Source: Candidatus Eiseniibacteriota bacterium
GTDB lineage: Bacteria; Eisenbacteria; RBG-16-71-46
Direction of reading: 5' to 3'
NCBI GenBank assembly: GCA_044223005.1
Contig: JBGAML010000017.1
Coordinates: forward strand, 46,391-110,390
DNA: 64,000 nt
The translations under genes were made by a program, and so were the position numbers. Below, one piece after another: positions 37,999 to 46,654 of this stretch (position 1 is its first letter; every line of letters begins with the position of its first letter). The notes beneath the pieces were generated by a model that was not told the origin of the DNA, made no database searches, and saw only the letters and a program-made list of their open reading frames with translations.

Positions 37999-38652
37999 CT
38001 ACCCTCGTGCGAGCTGCAGCCGCCGCTCGAGCCGCGTCACGCGGACGCGCAGCGTCTGCAACCAGAAGAACAACACCGTGAAACCCGCCAGCATGGCCAC
38101 GAAGCACTGCACCATGAGCGGATCCATGTCGATCTTGCCCCGCTTGTTGATCAGCGGGTCCGGATGAAGCGTGTCGTACATCCGCGGGACCACGAAGATG
38201 AGGAACGGTACGGCCACGAACGCGGCCACCGAATAGATGGCCGACAGTCGTGCCCGCTTCTCGTCCCCTTCGATGCTACCGCGGAGCGCGAGATACGCGC
38301 TGTAGAGAAGGAGGATGAAGAAGATCGAAGTCTCACGAGGATCCCAGTTCCAGTACGCCCCCCACATCGCCTTGGCCCAAAGCGCCCCGGTGACGGTGGC
38401 CGCAATGCAAAACAGCAGGCCGAGTTCGGCGGCGGCGGCGGCATGATCGTCGTTTCGCAGGTCGCGCTTCCACAAGTACAGGATACTGTGAAGCATCGAC
38501 CAGCCCAGGGCGACCACGGTCACCCAGGCGGACGGGATGTGGAAGTAGATCACGCGCGTGGTCTCTTCCAGCACGGGAACGAGCGGGGCCTTGAGGAGCC
38601 CGATCGTCATCGCGGCCGCGATCCAGACGAAGAGCAGGGTGCGCCAGAGCAT
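37999..38652 (-). CDS. ccmC: Heme exporter CcmC
   Basis: YFHIP, WAKAMWGAYWNWDPRET (WWD domain) and LHP. Confidence 0.92.
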   Translation of the reverse strand: MLWRTLLFVWIAAAMTIGLLKAPLVPVLEETTRVIYFHIPSAWVTVVALGWSMLHSILYLWKRDLRNDDHAAAAAELGLLFCIAATVTGALWAKAMWGAYWNWDPRETSIFFILLLYSAYLALRGSIEGDEKRARLSAIYSVAAFVAVPFLIFVVPRMYDTLHPDPLINKRGKIDMDPLMVQCFVAMLAGFTVLFFWLQTLRVRVTRLERRLQLARG

Positions 38653-38658
38653 GCGGGA

Positions 38659-39333
38659 TCAATCCTCCCAGAGGTGGTCGTAGAGTAGCAGGCTCGCCGC
38701 CAGCAATGCCACCGCGTAGGCCGCCAGCAGCCGCAGCGACGAAGCGGACGGATGCCCCGCCCACATGTCGCGCGTTCCCTGCACCGCGGCCGCGAGCACC
38801 GGCAGCAAGATCGGCAACGAAACGCCCGCGAACAGCGCGCCACGGCCGCGCGTCTGCGCGATCACCGCGCCGACCAGCGTCGAGGACGCGGCGAGCGACA
38901 CGGTCCCGAGCGCCAGCACGGCGAGGAACGCGCCCCAGTTCGGGGACGGCGCGCCCATGAGGATCATGAAGAGCGGCACGAGCACGAGCTCGACGACGCC
39001 CAGGAACAGCAGGTTGAAGAGCAGCTTGCCCGTCGCGATCTCGGTCGGCGACGCCACCAGCCGCAGCATGAGCATGGTGCGGCCCTCGACCTCGCGCACG
39101 AACGCGTGGCTCATCGAGGTGAGCGTCGCGAACAGCAGCACGATCCAGAACAGGCCCGCGAGCAGGTCCGTGCGATCGCCGAGCCGGCCGGCGGCCATGC
39201 TGACCGCCGTCAGGCTCGTGACCGCGAAGAGCAGCGCCGCGTTCAATCCGTAACGCGTGCGCCACTCGCTGCGGCACTCCTTACGCAGGATCGCCCAGAC
39301 CGCGGCCGCGGAGCTCGATTCGTCCCGGGGCAA
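38659..39333 (-). CDS. ccmB: Heme exporter permease CcmB
   Basis: KE.RSEWR, F.RE.E..T and LPILLPVL. TTG start after AGGAG. Confidence 0.88.
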   Translation of the reverse strand: MPRDESSSAAAVWAILRKECRSEWRTRYGLNAALLFAVTSLTAVSMAAGRLGDRTDLLAGLFWIVLLFATLTSMSHAFVREVEGRTMLMLRLVASPTEIATGKLLFNLLFLGVVELVLVPLFMILMGAPSPNWGAFLAVLALGTVSLAASSTLVGAVIAQTRGRGALFAGVSLPILLPVLAAAVQGTRDMWAGHPSASSLRLLAAYAVALLAASLLLYDHLWED

Positions 39334-39949
39334 GTCGCATCTCCTGTGGGTCGTTGGTGGCGATGAGCACCAGTCCGCGTTCGGCGTGGTCGCGCACGAG
39401 GCGCTCCACGACCGCGCGGCCAGCGTCGTCGAGGTGGGAGCCCGGCTCGTCGAGCATGAGCACCGGCGGGCGGTGCAGCACGGCGAACGCGAGGCGCAGG
39501 CGCTGCTTCATGCCGGACGAGAACGCCGCGACGCGGTCGTCGGCGCGCGGCGTGAGCTGCACCGCGTCGAGCGCGGCGCGCACGGCGCCGCGGGGATCGG
39601 CGAGGCCCAGCGTCTCGGCCGCGAAGAGCAGGTTCTCGGCGGCGCCGAACTCCTCGTAGAACGAGAGCTCGGGCGTGGCGAGCCCGGCCACGGTGCGCCG
39701 CTGGCGCGGCGCCACCTCGCGGCCGTCGACGTGGAAGGCGGTCGTGCCGGCGGTCGGGCGCAGCATCCCGATCACGATCCGGAGCAGCGTGCTCTTGCCC
39801 GAGCCGTTCTCGCCCGTCACCGCGACCGCGCCGGGCGAGGCGACGTCGAACGCGACCGGCTGCAACGCGAGGCGCGCACCGTAGCGGTGCGAGAGCCCCT
39901 CGCCCACCAGGCGCACGGCCCGCGCGGCGGCCACGGCGGGAGCACTCAC
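39281..39949 (-). CDS. ccmA: Heme exporter ATPase CcmA
   Basis: GENGSGKST, FSSGMKQR and LDEP, upstream of ccmB. Confidence 0.85.
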   Translation of the reverse strand: MSAPAVAAARAVRLVGEGLSHRYGARLALQPVAFDVASPGAVAVTGENGSGKSTLLRIVIGMLRPTAGTTAFHVDGREVAPRQRRTVAGLATPELSFYEEFGAAENLLFAAETLGLADPRGAVRAALDAVQLTPRADDRVAAFSSGMKQRLRLAFAVLHRPPVLMLDEPGSHLDDAGRAVVERLVRDHAERGLVLIATNDPQEMRLAPGRIELRGRGLGDPA

Positions 39950-40974
39950 GCGCGGGGCTCCGCGGCGGCGGTGCCTTCGGCGGCGGCGATGAGCCGCGCG
40001 AGTTCGGGCAGGATCTTCGCCTTCGCGTCCTCGCGCGAGCCGCGCAGCTGGACGCCGGCGGCGTGCGGATGCCCGCCACCGCCGAGACGAGCGCAGACCT
40101 GGTCGATGCTCACGCGCCCGGTCGAGCGCAGCGACACCTTCACCTTGCTCGGTTCGACCTCGCTGAAGAGCGCGACCACGTCGATGCCCGCGATCGCGCG
40201 CGGCAGGTCGACGAGGCCCTCGGTGTCCGCACCCACGAGCCCGTGGCGCGCGAACTGGTCGGGCGTCGCCTCGATCACCACGAGCCGGCCGTTCTCGAGC
40301 ACCTGCAGCGCCGCGAGCGCCTCGCCGAAGAAGCGCATGCGCCCCGGCGACGCGGTCGCGTGCACGCGCGCCGTGGTCACGTTGGGCTCGACGCCCGCCG
40401 CGACGAGCGCCGCGGCCATGCGATGGGCGCGTGCGTCGGTGTTCGAGTAGCGGAAGTTGCCCGTGTCGGTGAAGAGGCCCACGTAGAGCGCTTCGGCCGC
40501 GAGCAGGTCGGGCGTCCAGCCCGCCTCGCCCACCAGCTCCCAGACGAGGCTCGCGGTGGACGCGAGATCGGGCTCCACCAGGTTCACCTGGCCGAAGCCG
40601 TCGTGCGTGACGTGGTGGTCGACGATCGCGACCGCGATCGCGTGCAGGTCGAGGTGCTTCGCGAGCCGGCCGATGCGGGCCTTGTTGCTGGTGTCGAGCA
40701 CGACCAGCGCGTCGGCCTCGGCGAAGCGCTTCTCGGCGAGCGCCTCGTCGTAGACCTCGATGCCGGCGTCCGCGGCCAGCCAGCCGAACGCCGCCGGCGT
40801 GGGCGAATCGTTGAGCACGCGCACGGTCTTGCCGAGCGAGCGCAGCCAGCGCCCGAAGGCGACCTCGCTGCCGATCGCGTCGCCGTCCGGGTTGACGTGC
40901 GTCGTGAGCAGGAACTTCTGGTGGCGCGCGACGAACGCGTGCAGCGCCGCGCGTTCGGCCTTGGCGGGGCTCAC
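39946..40974 (-). CDS. nrnA: DHH/DHHA1 oligoribonuclease/PAP phosphatase
   Basis: HVNPDGDAIGS, DHH, TDTGNF, SLRS and GGGGHPHAAG. Confidence 0.9.
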   Translation of the reverse strand: MSPAKAERAALHAFVARHQKFLLTTHVNPDGDAIGSEVAFGRWLRSLGKTVRVLNDSPTPAAFGWLAADAGIEVYDEALAEKRFAEADALVVLDTSNKARIGRLAKHLDLHAIAVAIVDHHVTHDGFGQVNLVEPDLASTASLVWELVGEAGWTPDLLAAEALYVGLFTDTGNFRYSNTDARAHRMAAALVAAGVEPNVTTARVHATASPGRMRFFGEALAALQVLENGRLVVIEATPDQFARHGLVGADTEGLVDLPRAIAGIDVVALFSEVEPSKVKVSLRSTGRVSIDQVCARLGGGGHPHAAGVQLRGSREDAKAKILPELARLIAAAEGTAAAEPRA

Positions 40975-41627
40975 GTCGCGCCCCCGCGGCGCACGGGCAG
41001 GTTCGCGACGTGCGCGAGGAACCACGCGTGCAGCCGCCGGTCGTCGGTCAGCTCGGGATGGAACGCGATCGCCACCGCGCGACCCTGGCGCACGCCGACG
41101 GGATCGCCCTGGTGCGTGGCGATCACCTCGACGCCGCGGCCGAGCCGGACGATGCGCGGCGCGCGGATGAAGACGCCGCGCATCGCTCCGCCGAGCGGCG
41201 TCACGTCCACGTCGTCCGTGAACGAGTGCACCTGGCGGCCGTAGCCGTTGCGCACGGCCTCGATGTCGATCACGCCCAGCGTGGGGCGTGGCAGCTTGTC
41301 CGCGGTACGCGAGAGCAGGATCAACCCGGCGCAGGTGCCCAGCACGGGCTTCTCGCGCACGAACCTCTCGACGCCGGCGCGCAGGCCGGTCGCGTCAAGC
41401 AGCCGCAGCATGGTGCTCGATTCGCCGCCGGGCACGATCAACGCGTCCAGCGCCACGAGGTGCTCGGGGAGCGAGACGCGCACCGGCTCGGCGCCGAGCG
41501 TTTCGAGCGCCGCCGCGTGCAGCGCGTAGTCGCCCTGCAGCGACAGCAGGCCGACGCGCGGCGGCGACGCGTCGCGCGCGCGGACCGGACGGGCCGCGCG
41601 CGCGCGCCGTGGGGCCGGAGCGCTCAC
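40971..41627 (-). CDS. pdxT: PLP synthase glutaminase subunit
   Basis: LQGD, PGGES, GTCAG, FIRAP and FHPE. Confidence 0.93.
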   Translation of the reverse strand: MSAPAPRRARAARPVRARDASPPRVGLLSLQGDYALHAAALETLGAEPVRVSLPEHLVALDALIVPGGESSTMLRLLDATGLRAGVERFVREKPVLGTCAGLILLSRTADKLPRPTLGVIDIEAVRNGYGRQVHSFTDDVDVTPLGGAMRGVFIRAPRIVRLGRGVEVIATHQGDPVGVRQGRAVAIAFHPELTDDRRLHAWFLAHVANLPVRRGGAT

Positions 41628-41628
41628 C

Positions 41629-42621
41629 TCACCAGCCACGCTTGGCAAGCAGCTCCTCCTCCGACAGCGTCTCGAGCGAGATCCCGCGCATGGCCTGCGG
41701 CAGGCCGGTGCTGATCTCCTTGAGCACGTCGGGGCGGTTCCAGTTGGCGACGGCCTGCACGATCGCCTTGGCCATCCGGCCCTGCTCCTTGCGCGCATCC
41801 TTCGGCTTCGACGGATCGCCGACTTCGAAGATGCCCGAGCCGACGAACACGGCCTCGGCGCCCAGCGACATCATGAGCGCGGCGTCCGCGGGCGTCGCGA
41901 CGCCACCGGCGGCGAAGTTGGGCACCGGCAGCTTGCCGGTCGCCGCCACCTGCTGGACGAGCGCGAACGGCGCGCCGAGGTTCTTGGCCTCGGCCATCAG
42001 CTCGTCCTTGCCCATCGTGGTCATCCGGCGCATGTGCGACACCACCGCGCGCATGTGCCGCACGGCCTCGACGACGTTGCCCGTGCCGGCCTCGCCCTTG
42101 GTGCGGATCATGGCAGCACCCTCGCCGATCCGGCGCAGGGCCTCGCCCAGGTCGCGGCAGCCGCAGACGAACGGCACCTTGAAGTCGTGCTTCCAGACGT
42201 GATGCGCCTCGTCGGCGGGCGTCAGCACCTCGGACTCGTCGACGAAGTCGATCTCGAGCGACTCGAGGATCTGCGCCTCGACGAAGTGCCCGATGCGGCA
42301 CTTGGCCATGACGGGAATGTCCACGACGCGCTGGATCGCGACGATCATGGACGGATCGCTCATGCGCGCGACGCCGCCGTCGCGACGGATCTTCGACGGG
42401 ATGCGCTCGAGCGCCATGACGGCCGCCGCGCCGGCTTCCTGCGCGATCTCGGCCTGCTCGGCGTTCATCACGTCCATGATGACGCCGCCCTTCAGCATTT
42501 CGGCGAGTCCGACCTTGAGCCGGAACTGCTCGTCCTGCGACATCGGCGCGCCGTTGCGCGCCGGCTGCGAATGGCCGTTGCGCTGGGGCGCGGCGGCACG
42601 GCGGGTCGGGGTACGCTTCAC
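41629..42621 (-). CDS. pdxS: PLP synthase lyase subunit
   Basis: [25 protein letters not shown] and [13 protein letters not shown] after GAAAGGAAG (alternative ATG at 42543). Confidence 0.95.
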   Translation of the reverse strand: MKRTPTRRAAAPQRNGHSQPARNGAPMSQDEQFRLKVGLAEMLKGGVIMDVMNAEQAEIAQEAGAAAVMALERIPSKIRRDGGVARMSDPSMIVAIQRVVDIPVMAKCRIGHFVEAQILESLEIDFVDESEVLTPADEAHHVWKHDFKVPFVCGCRDLGEALRRIGEGAAMIRTKGEAGTGNVVEAVRHMRAVVSHMRRMTTMGKDELMAEAKNLGAPFALVQQVAATGKLPVPNFAAGGVATPADAALMMSLGAEAVFVGSGIFEVGDPSKPKDARKEQGRMAKAIVQAVANWNRPDVLKEISTGLPQAMRGISLETLSEEELLAKRGW

Positions 42622-42644
42622 GACGGTCTTCCTTTCCGAGCGCC

Positions 42645-43817
42645 TCAGGCGCTCTGCTCCCACGCCGGTCCGGCGAGCGCACGCAGGCGCTCCACGACGG
42701 GCGGCGTCACCTCGGCAATGTAATCGATGTCGGCTTCGGTCGCGGACTCGTCCAGCGAGAAGCGGACGCTGGCGTGCGCGTCCTCCGGGCGCAGGCCCAT
42801 GGCGACCAGCACGTGGCTGGGGCCGGGCTCGCCCGAACTGCAAGCCGAACCCGTCGACACCGTGATCCCGGCGCGGTCGAGTTCGTGCAGCACCGCTTCG
42901 CCGTCCACACCCGCGAAGCGGAGATTGACGATGGATCCCACGCGCTGGTTGAGGTCGCCGTTGAGCCGCGTGTCCGGAACGCCCAGCAGCAGCGCCGCGA
43001 TCAGCCGCTCGCCCAGCGCCTCCACCTTCGCGGGCACGCCGGCCGCGAGCTGCGCGCGCGTGCGCGCGGCGGCGGCGCCGAATCCCACGATCGCGGGCAG
43101 GTTCTCCGTGCCCGCGCGGCGTCCTCGCTCCTGGCGGCCGCCGTGCACGATCGGCGCGACCTTCACGCGCCGGCGCACGAACAGCGCGGCGGCGCCGAGC
43201 GGACCGTGCAGCTTGTGGCCCGCGATCGTCACGAGGTCCGCCTGCATCGCGTCCACCGCGACCGGCATGCGGCCGGCGGCCTGCACCGCGTCCACGTGGA
43301 AGAGCGCACCCGCGTGCTTCACGTCGGCGCCGATCGTCTCGACCGGCTGGATCGCGCCGGTCTCGTTGTTGACCGCCATCACGGAAACGAGCGCCACGTC
43401 GGGCCCGAGCGCGTCGCGGACGACGTCGGGATCGACGAGGCCGTTGGGCTGCACGGGCAGGATCGTGAGCACCATGCCGCGCGCTTCGAGCGCGCGCGCG
43501 CTCGCGAGCACCGAGGGGTGCTCGATCGCGGTCGTGATCACGCGCTTGCGCTCGGGCGGCAGGGCCGCCGTCGCGCCGAGCAGCGCGAGCGTGTTGGCCT
43601 CCGAGCCCGACGCGGTGAACACGATCTCCTCGGTCTGCGCGCCGATCAGCCGGGCCACGTGCTCCCGCGCCGCCTCGATCGCGTCGCGCGCGGCCTCGCC
43701 GCGCGCGTGCACGCTGGACGCGTTGCCGAACGACTCCTCGAGCCACGGGCGCATCGCCTCGAGGACCTCGGGAGCCGGCCGCGTGGTCGCGGCCGCGTCG
43801 GCGTAGACGCGCCTCAT
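42645..43817 (-). CDS. iscS: Cysteine desulfurase IscS/NifS (group I)
   Basis: D.AATT, GN.SS.H, EH.SV, HVDAVQ, GHK and STGSACSS. Confidence 0.92.
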   Translation of the reverse strand: MRRVYADAAATTRPAPEVLEAMRPWLEESFGNASSVHARGEAARDAIEAAREHVARLIGAQTEEIVFTASGSEANTLALLGATAALPPERKRVITTAIEHPSVLASARALEARGMVLTILPVQPNGLVDPDVVRDALGPDVALVSVMAVNNETGAIQPVETIGADVKHAGALFHVDAVQAAGRMPVAVDAMQADLVTIAGHKLHGPLGAAALFVRRRVKVAPIVHGGRQERGRRAGTENLPAIVGFGAAAARTRAQLAAGVPAKVEALGERLIAALLLGVPDTRLNGDLNQRVGSIVNLRFAGVDGEAVLHELDRAGITVSTGSACSSGEPGPSHVLVAMGLRPEDAHASVRFSLDESATEADIDYIAEVTPPVVERLRALAGPAWEQSA

Positions 43818-44884
43818 GCCGGGCTCTCCACGGTGCCGAGCGTGTGGATGCTGACGCGCTGCGCGAGCGCGCCCGCGATCCGGCGCAGTTCGCGGGCGTA
43901 GAGGCTGTCCGGCTGCGACGCGACCACGGGCGCACCCGTGTCGCCGCCCACGCGCACCTCGGGGTGCAGCGGGATCGCGCCGAGGAACGGCAGCCCCATC
44001 GCGAGCGCGCGCTCCTGCGCGGTGCCGTGGCCGAAGATGTCGTGGCGCTCGTGGCAGTTCGGGCAGGCGAACCAGCTCATGTTCTCGATCACGCCGAGCA
44101 CGGGCACCTGCAGCTTGTCGAACATGGCCACCGCCTTGACCGCGTCCTCGATCGCCACCGTGGACGGCGTCGTCACGACGACCGCGCCCGTCACCACGGT
44201 CTGCTGGATCAGCGAGAGCTGCACGTCACCGGTGCCCGGCGGCAGGTCGACGACGAGGTAGTCGCAGCCGTCCCAGGTCACGTCGTGCAGGAAGCTCTTG
44301 ATGGCTCCGTGCAGCATGGGTCCGCGCCAGACGACCGCTTCGCCCGCGTCCACGAGCAGGCCCATGGACATGAACTTCACGCCGTGTGCCTCGAGCGGGA
44401 CGATCTTGCCGTCCTGCGTGTAGGGCTGGCGATTGACGCCCATCATGCGCGGCAGGTTGGGGCCGTAGATGTCGGCGTCCACCAGGCCGACCGTCGCGCC
44501 GGTCTGCGCGAGCGCGATCGCGAGGTTCGCGGCCACGGTGCTCTTGCCCACGCCGCCCTTGCCCGATCCGACCGCGATCACGTGGCCCACGCCCGGCAGC
44601 GCCTTGCGCTCCGCGGACGGGTCCTTGGCCTTGCGCACGCGGCTCGTCGTCTCGATCTTCACTTCGTGCACGCCCGCGATCGCGGAGACCGCCCGGCGGC
44701 AGTCCTCCTCGATCTCGGCCTTGAGCGGGCACGCGGCCGTGGTCAGCACCAGCGTGAACGACGCGGTCCCGCCGTTCACCGCCACGTTCTCGATCATGCC
44801 CAGCGACACGAGGTCGCGGTGCAGGTCGGGATCCTGGACGGTGCCCAACGCGGCGAGGATCTGCTCTCGGGTGATCTCGGACAT
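43814..44884 (-). CDS. mrp: Mrp/ApbC Fe-S cluster carrier ATPase
   Basis: FeS_assembly_P N-domain, [17 protein letters not shown] and ENMS...CPNC. Confidence 0.95.
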   Translation of the reverse strand: MSEITREQILAALGTVQDPDLHRDLVSLGMIENVAVNGGTASFTLVLTTAACPLKAEIEEDCRRAVSAIAGVHEVKIETTSRVRKAKDPSAERKALPGVGHVIAVGSGKGGVGKSTVAANLAIALAQTGATVGLVDADIYGPNLPRMMGVNRQPYTQDGKIVPLEAHGVKFMSMGLLVDAGEAVVWRGPMLHGAIKSFLHDVTWDGCDYLVVDLPPGTGDVQLSLIQQTVVTGAVVVTTPSTVAIEDAVKAVAMFDKLQVPVLGVIENMSWFACPNCHERHDIFGHGTAQERALAMGLPFLGAIPLHPEVRVGGDTGAPVVASQPDSLYARELRRIAGALAQRVSIHTLGTVESPA

Positions 44885-44918
44885 GTCCCCTCGTTCGGGG
44901 CCCCGGCGGGAGGACCGC

Positions 44919-45041
44919 TCAGGGCACCCGGCGCTCGTGCGAGCGGGCTTCCCACCACTCGCGGAGCCGGTTGATTCCCATGGCGAGCAGCACCGTCCCC
45001 ACGATCAGGGTCGTGGCCACGATGAGCCCGTAGAAGTACAC
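44919..45041 (-). CDS. Unannotated 40-aa single-TM protein
   Basis: Manual translation (V)MYFYGLIVATTLIVGTVLLAMGINRLREWWEARSHERRVP. GC-rich third positions; fills the nfuA-mrp gap. Confidence 0.6.
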   Translation of the reverse strand: MYFYGLIVATTLIVGTVLLAMGINRLREWWEARSHERRVP

Positions 45042-45054
45042 GGCCGGCGAGCCC

Positions 45055-45279
45055 CTAGACCGTCACCACCCGGGTCACCCCGGGCAGCTTGTGACGCAGG
45101 TAGCGCTCGATCCCGTTGCGGAGCGTCGTCGTGGAGCTGGAGCAGCCCACGCACGACCCCATCAGCCGGATCGTCACCGTCCCGTCGTCCGACACCCCCA
45201 GCAGCTCCAGGTCCCCGCCGTCGGGCTGGACCACGTTCGTCCGCAGTTGTTCGACCACTTTCGCGACATCTTCACGCAT
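45055..45279 (-). CDS. nfuA: Stand-alone NifU-C/Nfu Fe-S carrier
   Basis: DGGDLEL, G.CVGC.SS..TL..GIE. GGAGG RBS. Confidence 0.88.
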   Translation of the reverse strand: MREDVAKVVEQLRTNVVQPDGGDLELLGVSDDGTVTIRLMGSCVGCSSSTTTLRNGIERYLRHKLPGVTRVVTV

Positions 45280-45359
45280 GGCGCCTCCAGGCTCCCGCGC
45301 CGGGCCGCCGACGATGCCGGAGGCATCGGGACCGCACCTTCCCGCAGGGAGAACGAAGT

Positions 45360-45388
45360 AGATTATGGAGACGGTCGCGCCGCGTCAA
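45360..45388 (-). promoter_or_regulatory. sigma70-type promoter of the nfuA operon
   Basis: TTGACG-17 bp-TAATCT, overlapping CATAAT. Confidence 0.55.
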
Positions 45389-45461
45389 AGCCGCGGGCCG
45401 GGCTCGGCGGGGAGAATTGGCCGCCCCGTGACCTTTGATGCGCCGAAGGGCGAAGCCTGTT

Positions 45462-45493
45462 CGCCCGGAACGCCCGTGAGGGCGCTCCGGGCG
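45462..45493 (-). terminator. Hairpin after the outer-membrane barrel gene
   Basis: CGCCCGGAGCGCCC-TCAC-GGGCGTTCCGGGCG on the minus strand. Confidence 0.55.
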
Positions 45494-45533
45494 GCTCACC
45501 GCGTCCGGCCGGGCGCCGGTCGCGGGAGGCGGT

Positions 45534-46628
45534 TCAGGAGCCGGAGAGCGACCAGCGGCCGCGCAGCGCGAGGCCGGCGCGGGTCTGGGTGAAGTCGGTC
45601 TGCTCCTCCGGGATCGCGATCCCGGGCGGGAACGCGGCGTCGCTGGTGAGGCGGCTCCAGTGCGCGACGGCCTCGATCGGGCCCCACACCCGCTGCGTGG
45701 CGCGCAGTTCGACGAAGCGGCGGTGGTTCACGCGTCCGTAGCGCAGCACGTCGAACTTGTCCGCGGTGCGGTAGGTGCGGTCCTCGGGCTGCCACTCGGC
45801 GTCGAACCGGCCTCGCGTCCGCCCGTGCCCCCACGGCAACGAAGCGGAGACACCGATCCCGTCGTGGTCGTACGAGATGTCGGTGTCGCGCACGGGCGTG
45901 TCCGCAAGTTCGCCCCGCGCCGCGAGCCGGCCCGTGATCCAGGTGACGCCGGCCGTCGCGCCCCACGCGCGCAAGGGCTGGACGCGGGCTTCGAGCGTCC
46001 AGGCGTCGTCGTCGTTGTCGCGTTCGGCGAAGTGCGGGCCGTAGTCGCGGTGCTGGCGGTCGAACCCGGCCGACCACGACACGCGCCCGCGCAGCAGCCG
46101 CTGGTCCAGCCGGGCGCCGAGCGTGCGCTGCGCGTACTGCAGCGACTGGCGGATGCGCCGGCCGGCCGCGAACGACTCGTCGGGGTCGGTGACCTCGCCG
46201 AGGTAGTACTTCGGCAGCGACTCGCCCGAGAGCGTGAGCGTGGTCAGCATCCGGCGCGACGCGGTCAGTTCCTGGCGGACCGAGCCCGAGAGCTCGTTCC
46301 AGTTGCAGACGTCGTTGCGCGCGTACTGGTGCGCCTCGAACGCGGCGGCGAAGCGCGTCTGCCGGCGGCGGACCAGGTGCGACTGCCACGCGCCCGAGAG
46401 CGCCAGCGTCGAAACGTCGTCGTCCGGCGTGTCGATCCGGAAGCGCGGCATGCCGGGCGTCGCGGTCAGCTGGTCGAGCCGCCGCGACGTCAGCTGCAGC
46501 ACGTTGTCGTCATGGGAACGTTCGAGGCTCGCGCCCAGCGTCCAGTCCGCCCGGGCCGCCGCGGGCCGCGCGCCCGCGGCGAGCAGCACCGCGGCCAGCG
46601 CGAGCGGGAACATCGCGTGCTTCGTCAT
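45534..46628 (-). CDS. Putative outer-membrane beta-barrel protein (364 aa)
   Basis: Signal peptide, first strand LGASLERSHDDNV, amphipathic strands, end AGLALRGRWSLSGS. GGAGGA RBS. Confidence 0.7.
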   Translation of the reverse strand: MTKHAMFPLALAAVLLAAGARPAAARADWTLGASLERSHDDNVLQLTSRRLDQLTATPGMPRFRIDTPDDDVSTLALSGAWQSHLVRRRQTRFAAAFEAHQYARNDVCNWNELSGSVRQELTASRRMLTTLTLSGESLPKYYLGEVTDPDESFAAGRRIRQSLQYAQRTLGARLDQRLLRGRVSWSAGFDRQHRDYGPHFAERDNDDDAWTLEARVQPLRAWGATAGVTWITGRLAARGELADTPVRDTDISYDHDGIGVSASLPWGHGRTRGRFDAEWQPEDRTYRTADKFDVLRYGRVNHRRFVELRATQRVWGPIEAVAHWSRLTSDAAFPPGIAIPEEQTDFTQTRAGLALRGRWSLSGS

Positions 46629-46654
46629 CGAGTCTCCGTCCTCCTCGGGTGGGA

